From Nostoc punctiforme PCC 73102 (GTDB taxonomy: Bacteria; Cyanobacteriota; Cyanobacteriia; Cyanobacteriales; Nostocaceae), in contig NC_010628.1 in assembly GCF_000020025.1 (NCBI RefSeq), positions 6,870,001 through 6,902,000 on the forward strand: a stretch of DNA of 32,000 nucleotides, given 5' to 3'. The translations under genes and the position numbers were made by a program. The notes below the pieces were generated by a model. The model did no database searches, was not told the origin of the DNA, and was given only the letters and a program-made list of their open reading frames with translations. This document shows, piece by piece, positions 27,058 to 32,000 of this stretch (positions within the stretch are counted from its first letter, which is position 1; every line of letters begins with the position of its first letter).

Positions 27058-27150
27058 GGATTGGGGATTGGAGATTGGGGATTAGAATTAAAATAACTCT
27101 TTCCCAGTTCCCAGTCTCCACTCCTTAGTCCCTAGTCCCCAGTCCCCAGC
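27058..27150. repeat. Two near-complementary heptamer arrays (GATTGGG x4; TCCCCAG = STRR1 CCCCAGT family x7)
   Basis: The arrays occupy 27058-27086 and 27101-27150. Together they can fold into a long imperfect hairpin directly after the guaB3-like stop codon. Confidence 0.8.
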
Positions 27151-27151
27151 T

Positions 27152-28315
27152 TTATTTCCCCATACCTAATTGTTGAGCTTTTTGGTAAACTTTACCCTCG
27201 GTTAATAGGGAAGGGGCAATTACAACTTCCACTTGCTGCATTTCTTTAATATTTTTGGCTCCTAAAGTGCCCATGCTCGTCTTTAAGGCTCCTAAAAGAT
27301 TGTGAGTACCATCATCTAGTCCGGCGGGGCCAATGAGTATTTGCTCTAGGCTACCGGTGGTAGCAACGCGAATGCGGGTGCCACGAGGCAACACCGGGCT
27401 AGGAGTCGCCATACCCCAATGATAACCTCGTCCTGGGGCTTCTGCGGCTCTGGCAAAGGGGGAACCAATCATCACACCATCAGCACCGCAGGCGATGCAT
27501 TTACAAATGTCGCCACCGGTGATTAAACCGCCATCAGCAATAATGGGGATATAGTTACCAGTTTCCTTGTAGTAATCATCTCGTGCTGCTGCACAATCGG
27601 CGATCGCAGTTGCCTGTGGCACACCCACACCCAACACCCCACGGGATGTACAAGCAGCACCAGGGCCAATTCCCACTAGTACGCCAGCCGCCCCAGCTTT
27701 CAACAAATTCAACGTCACATCGTAAGTCACGCAATTCCCCAACACCACAGGGATGGGCATGGAACGGCAAAATTCTGCTAAATCAAGTGGTATTACAGAC
27801 TCTGGTGACAGATGTGCAGTAGAGACTACTGTAGCTTGGACAAAAAATAAATCGGCCCCAGCTTTTGCTACCGCCTCACCATATTTACTTGCACCGGCTG
27901 GAGTTGCACTTACCGCCGCAATGCCACCTTGTTCTTTAATTTCCTGAATACGTTTTTCAATTAATTCCGGCTTTATTGGTTCGGCATAGAGTTCTTGCAT
28001 CAGGGCAACAAATTCATCTTTCCCCACAGAGGCAATCCGATCTAATATTGGCTCTGGGTCAACGTAGCGAGTGTGAATACCCTCTAAATTGAGGACACCT
28101 AATGCTCCCAACTGTGACAAACGTACAGCCATGCGAACATCTACTACCCCATCCATTGCACTGGCAATTATCGGAATTTCTCGCTCAATATTGCCAATAC
28201 GCCACTTAGTATCTGCCAAACTAGGATCTAGTGTTCTGTTACCAGGAACTAGAGCAATTTCATCTATTCCGTAAGCTCTACGAGCTGTTTTTCCCCGCCC
28301 AAGTTGAATTTCCAC
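27152..28315 (-). CDS. GuaB3-type IMP dehydrogenase family protein (no CBS/Bateman insert)
   Basis: 387 aa with a GTG start. It has IMPDH/GMPR TIM-barrel segments ([34 protein letters not shown]). At 387 aa it is too short to contain the CBS pair of canonical GuaB. Confidence 0.88.
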   Translation of the reverse strand: MEIQLGRGKTARRAYGIDEIALVPGNRTLDPSLADTKWRIGNIEREIPIIASAMDGVVDVRMAVRLSQLGALGVLNLEGIHTRYVDPEPILDRIASVGKDEFVALMQELYAEPIKPELIEKRIQEIKEQGGIAAVSATPAGASKYGEAVAKAGADLFFVQATVVSTAHLSPESVIPLDLAEFCRSMPIPVVLGNCVTYDVTLNLLKAGAAGVLVGIGPGAACTSRGVLGVGVPQATAIADCAAARDDYYKETGNYIPIIADGGLITGGDICKCIACGADGVMIGSPFARAAEAPGRGYHWGMATPSPVLPRGTRIRVATTGSLEQILIGPAGLDDGTHNLLGALKTSMGTLGAKNIKEMQQVEVVIAPSLLTEGKVYQKAQQLGMGK

Positions 28316-28655
28316 GCTTTAACTTTTATTCAAATCTGTTTAAGCTAGGGTATCAAATTGTGAGATAAGTTGGGGCGTTTTTTTCCCTGAGCTACACAGA
28401 TAAATTCCATTTACGCAAGTCACCACTCAAAACTTTCATGGACACAAAGTATTCACTAAGCAACCAAATGAGCAAAAACAGTTAATTGGTTTTTTTTATA
28501 TTGTGTTGTTTGAGGGTTAATGTTGCGCTAGTTTTGCGATCGCTGTGGTTTAATGTGTCTATTATTACTTAGTTAATATCACGATTATTGGCATTAATGC
28601 TCTTAATTTACCTATCTTGAGTTACATCAAGATCATACAAATTCCCACTGATGAT

Positions 28656-29225
28656 TTACCGTTTATTTTTAGCTGCATCCACACCAGTGTAACCAGTTGC
28701 TATCCAAAGTATGGCTCTGGCTCCATCGCGGATAGATTTTTCGATAGATTCAGGGGGTTTTTCTGAAGGGACTGGCACTGGTTTTAAATAAATACCCCGA
28801 CTACCCAAAATAATTTCGCCGATGACACAAGCCCGGCGCATGTGGAAGTCTGAAGTAATCAAATAAACGCTCTTAATACCACGAGCTTGCAAATCATCTA
28901 CTAACGTAGTAAAATTAGTAACTGTATCTACGGCTTCATAATCCAGGTGTAGACGCTTGGGATCAACACCAGCTTTGGTAAAGACTCGTTGGGTGAATCT
29001 AGGTGGACTACCCCCAGTAATCCAAATTGGTATATTTGGATGCTGGCGAACAAATTCGGCCGTAAACTTCTCTCGCTCTAAACGTCTCGTTGAACCACCC
29101 AACACTACAACTGCTTGCGGCTGTACAAATTGGTTTTGTACTTCTTTGTATCCCCACCAGATGATTAGTGGTAAGACAAAAGCCATAAAACGAAAAGATT
29201 TACCTGTAAAGAGTAGCTTATTCAA
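28656..29225 (-). CDS. DUF218 / YdcF (ElyC/SanA-like) family protein
   Basis: It has an N-terminal TM helix, then VVVLGGSTRR...WITGG...DTVTNF...ITSDFHMRRA, which is typical of DUF218. The start is ambiguous between TTG 29225 and ATG 29186. Confidence 0.8.
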   Translation of the reverse strand: MNKLLFTGKSFRFMAFVLPLIIWWGYKEVQNQFVQPQAVVVLGGSTRRLEREKFTAEFVRQHPNIPIWITGGSPPRFTQRVFTKAGVDPKRLHLDYEAVDTVTNFTTLVDDLQARGIKSVYLITSDFHMRRACVIGEIILGSRGIYLKPVPVPSEKPPESIEKSIRDGARAILWIATGYTGVDAAKNKR

Positions 29226-29509
29226 GGCTCGATAACTTTTTTTACTAAGTCAAAAATTTCCTCTAGCTAGAAGAAAAACAATAGTTGATAGTAGAGTAGC
29301 AAACTCCTCAATAATCTGCCCAAAAATATAAATTTGGGTGACTTTTATGTTACAGCGCGATTAAGCGGGTTTGAAGTTTTTCCTTTAATTGATGGATTAT
29401 CCTAACCTGTATCGGAAAATTCATCAAAGGGCTCTAGCTCCTTGTAGAAGAACTCCATTTAGGTTATCTCGAAAATCTCTTTCCTTTTAGAAGAGACTTT
29501 GAAATTTCC

Positions 29510-29542
29510 CCCTTCCCGACACGGGAAGGGAGTTAATTTTTT
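29510..29542 (+). terminator. Plus-strand terminator-like hairpin in an ORF-free gap
   Basis: A perfect 9-bp GC-rich stem pairs cccttcccg with cgggaaggg, with loop aca. It is followed by agttaa and then TTTTTT. Confidence 0.35.
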
Positions 29543-29613
29543 CGTGGGTTTTTCCAGATGACCCTAAATTTTGCGTCTCTACACACTGTATTGAAATATG
29601 ATTGACATCTATC

Positions 29614-30867
29614 CTACTCGCTAGTTGATGCTTCTAGCCAGATTTCCACATCATCTGCTAGCAACTTCTGTGCAGCATCTAGCATTGATGTTGCTATGTC
29701 TTTGAGGTCTTCGCGGTTGTTCAAGTAAGTTTTCAAGGCTTCCATTGGGTCGATGCTGCTACTTGCGCTCAATTCAGGAATGCGGGGCCTGGCTAGTTGA
29801 CTTACTAATTCTGCTTGAATGGTGTAGGTATGAGCGGGACTTAAAGCAGTATGTAGAGAGGAACTATCAATTAAATCCATCTGTTCGGAGCGGAGTTTGT
29901 AAATTAGCCGCACTACAGCATCTTGAATATCATACTTAGCGATCGCTTTCATTAACAATGCTTGCGGCTCATCTGCTTTCGAGATATCCACTTCAATGGT
30001 GCGGAAAGTCCGAACTGTTAAGGGACAAAATTCCCATTCAGCCTTTCCCCGCTCCAGTTCCAGCATTACATAGCCTTTGTCTTCTTTTTCTTCACTAAAA
30101 TCTACCCGCTCAATACTTCCCGGATAAATCACCGGCGGGTTGTTAGATTTATTGAGGTTCTGATGGCGGTGGACATGTCCCAACGCTACATAATCAAAAC
30201 AAGGTCGCGTCAGCAAAGATAGGGGTAGAGTAAAGCCTTTACCTACTGCCAAAAATCGTTCTGCGCCCAAGCTAGCATTATCAGCCATCAAATGAGCCAA
30301 AAGCACAGTTGGCACATCGGGGTCAAGACGGCGAATTTCCCCTTCCATAACAACTCGCAGGCGTTCCGTTAACAGTTCGTTGACTTCTGCCAAAGATGAA
30401 CCTTCAGTCTCTTGGCGAGTCATCAAAGTTGAACGGGTCAACCAAGGGAGGGTAATTACTTGCACTTTGCCATTACGGGTTTCAATGCAGTGAGTAGTTA
30501 ATGTATCACCGACAACAAACCCTGGCACTCCCAAAGTGCGGTAAATATTTAAACTTGCTCCTCCCTGTCCTTGGGAATGTTGGTCATGGTTGCCTACCAA
30601 CAGCACTGTTGGAATATCGGCATCCATGAGACGGCGAAACTGGCTAGCAAAAGCTTGTTGTACATAAGGCGGTGGTGTTGCATCCGGGAAAGCATCGCCA
30701 CCAAATATCACCATATCAACAGCATCAGTTAGGGCTCTGTCAATACATATAGACAAAGTATTGACAAAATCCTCCAATCGTGTATTCAACCCAGTTGTAG
30801 GATTAATTCGTCCGTGGGAGAAGCCGCTTCCCATGTGGATGTCGGAAAGATGGAGGATTTTAATCAT
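29614..30867 (-). CDS. sbcD: SbcD/Mre11-like DNA repair exonuclease (calcineurin-like metallophosphoesterase)
   Basis: 417 aa with phosphoesterase motifs LHLSDIHMG, GGDAF, GNHD and GHVH, plus a C-terminal capping or dimerisation region. Confidence 0.85.
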   Translation of the reverse strand: MIKILHLSDIHMGSGFSHGRINPTTGLNTRLEDFVNTLSICIDRALTDAVDMVIFGGDAFPDATPPPYVQQAFASQFRRLMDADIPTVLLVGNHDQHSQGQGGASLNIYRTLGVPGFVVGDTLTTHCIETRNGKVQVITLPWLTRSTLMTRQETEGSSLAEVNELLTERLRVVMEGEIRRLDPDVPTVLLAHLMADNASLGAERFLAVGKGFTLPLSLLTRPCFDYVALGHVHRHQNLNKSNNPPVIYPGSIERVDFSEEKEDKGYVMLELERGKAEWEFCPLTVRTFRTIEVDISKADEPQALLMKAIAKYDIQDAVVRLIYKLRSEQMDLIDSSSLHTALSPAHTYTIQAELVSQLARPRIPELSASSSIDPMEALKTYLNNREDLKDIATSMLDAAQKLLADDVEIWLEASTSE

Positions 30868-30942
30868 ATTTGTCTTTTGTCCTTAGTCACTTATCCTTTG
30901 TCTAATAGTAATGACAAATGACAAATGACCAATGACTAATAA
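30868..30942. repeat. Paired near-complementary heptamer arrays (TTTGTCN / AATGACN, STRR2 family) between cysH and sbcD
   Basis: Tandem heptamers occupy 30868-30905 and 30909-30942 and are largely complementary to one another. Confidence 0.8.
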
Positions 30943-31668
30943 CTAAATATGAATTCCGCATTCTGTTTTATCACTTCCCCGCCAACGTCCGGCGCGTTCG
31001 TCTTCACCTTCGCCTACTTTGGTGGTGATGGGTTGGTCGCCTATGCTGGGATAGCCTTTGTCATGGAGTGGGTTGTAGATGACTCCGTGTTCAGCTACGT
31101 AAACCCAGGTATCTTGACGTGTCCAGGTAGCAATGGGATTTACTTTCAACCGACCTTTACCATCAAATTCAAATATGGGCATATTCGCACGGGTTACTGC
31201 TTGGTCACGGCGGCGACCGGTAATCCAAGCCACGCTGTTGAGTTCGTCTAGACCCCGTAACAGTGGTTCAATTTTTGTAATGTGGTGGAATTTGGCAATA
31301 TCCGTATCCCAAAGTTTGTCGCCGTATTTGGCTTCAAAGGCTTCACGGGTTTCTACGTCTGGAGTTTTGAAAGTTTGCAAGTCCAGATTGTAGATTTCTT
31401 TGGCTTTGGCTACTAATTCTAGGCTCTCAGGGAAGTGATGTAAAGTGTCGAGAAAGATCACAGGAACGGGATGCTTCAGTTCACTGTAAAGAATATGGGT
31501 AATTATCATGTCATCCACGTTAAAGGCGCTGGTTTGCACCAATCCCGTTGGGATATTCTCTATAGACCATGCCAGTATCTCTTTAGGAGTGGCAGTTTCA
31601 AATTGCTCATTTAATTTTTCTAAGTCAAAAGCGATCGCTTGATTTCTAGATGCCGTGGAGACTGTCAT
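30943..31668 (-). CDS. cysH: Phosphoadenosine phosphosulfate (PAPS) reductase, thioredoxin-dependent type
   Basis: 241 aa with a PP-loop-like core and the C-terminal catalytic ECGIH motif. It contains no CC...CxxC iron-sulfur cysteine cluster, so it looks like the PAPS-reductase type rather than the Fe-S APS-reductase type. Confidence 0.92.
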   Translation of the reverse strand: MTVSTASRNQAIAFDLEKLNEQFETATPKEILAWSIENIPTGLVQTSAFNVDDMIITHILYSELKHPVPVIFLDTLHHFPESLELVAKAKEIYNLDLQTFKTPDVETREAFEAKYGDKLWDTDIAKFHHITKIEPLLRGLDELNSVAWITGRRRDQAVTRANMPIFEFDGKGRLKVNPIATWTRQDTWVYVAEHGVIYNPLHDKGYPSIGDQPITTKVGEGEDERAGRWRGSDKTECGIHI

Positions 31669-32000
31669 GATAATCTTCTATTCAAATATTTCTACCTTGA
31701 TTAAGATTTATTTTACTCCATAAAGGCGCGTATTCCGCTCGGAGTTCAGGTATTTATTCTGTTCGGAAATTACTACATTTGGGAACCGGAGAATAAGAAG
31801 TGGGGAGACTAGAAGACTAAACCATCATAAGTAAAAACCGATACTTAAGTTGTAAATTAATTTTTTGTTAAGAAAAATTACAGGATTTTAAGTTTTACAG
31901 CGCTTTTATAGATATTTATACTGATTTTGATATGGTTAAGGAACTATTAAAAAAAGGATTTTTACTTAAATGAACGATTCAAAATTCAGCAATCCATTAG

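Noticed and set aside
26885-27121. 78-aa minus-strand ORF between guaB3-like and trxA
   Set aside because: It starts within heptamer arrays and spans hairpins at 26912-26935 and 27002-27034. It has no SD and does not look protein-like.
27576-28274. Several 60-80-aa ORFs on both strands
   Set aside because: All are nested in the guaB3-like CDS and are GC-rich antisense or alternate-frame artefacts.
28957-29235. 92-aa plus-strand ORF
   Set aside because: It is antisense to the DUF218 gene.
2735-30942. Tandem heptamer arrays considered as CRISPR arrays
   Set aside because: The units are 7 nt, contiguous and without spacers, and no cas genes are present. These are STRR-type repeats, not CRISPR.
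29745-31393. Plus-strand ORFs 29745-29939, 30949-31251 and 31133-31393
   Set aside because: They are antisense to sbcD-like and cysH.
31970-32000. Possible plus-strand gene start (ATGAACGATTCAAAATTCAGC...) at the right edge
   Set aside because: Only 10 codons are visible, which is too little to evaluate.

Overview
This window looks like chromosomal DNA from a heterocyst-forming (Nostocales-type) cyanobacterium. The HIP1 octamer GCGATCGC occurs more than 20 times. STRR-type tandem heptamers (TTGGTCA and CCCCAGT families) sit at many gene junctions. A devBCA exporter operon lies downstream of pcyA. I support about 25 protein genes and one tRNA. Most are housekeeping: recG, tsf, rpsB, pcyA, zipN/ftn2, pdhA, class II fba, trxA, a GuaB3-type IMPDH-family gene, cysH and an SbcD-like nuclease. 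Others are a Uma2 endonuclease, a HAD-IIB hydrolase, a nitrilase-superfamily hydrolase, MarC, DUF218, an aldose-1-epimerase-like gene and a few hypotheticals. I found no rRNA, CRISPR array, transposase or recognisable multi-gene defence system, and I cannot honestly point to a clear novel system. The signals most worth a second look are: (1) a roughly 2-kb TetR+SDR two-gene islet next to tRNA-Lys, with visibly different codon usage and two related palindromic operator-like sites; (2) two 101-bp structured repeats, 100/101 identical and in inverted orientation, bracketing a hypothetical gene between recG and tsf; (3) a 238-bp MITE-like element with roughly 50-bp terminal inverted repeats; (4) a roughly 1-kb ORF-free, repeat-filled leader upstream of devB containing a GTA-N8-TAC (NtcA-type) site; (5) a structured rpsB leader whose 3' arm abuts the Shine-Dalgarno sequence; (6) an untracked 54-aa ORF with its own terminator; (7) frame-sensitive tandem repeats inside recG and at its start codon. 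All product calls rest on motif and family recognition by eye. No database search was run.
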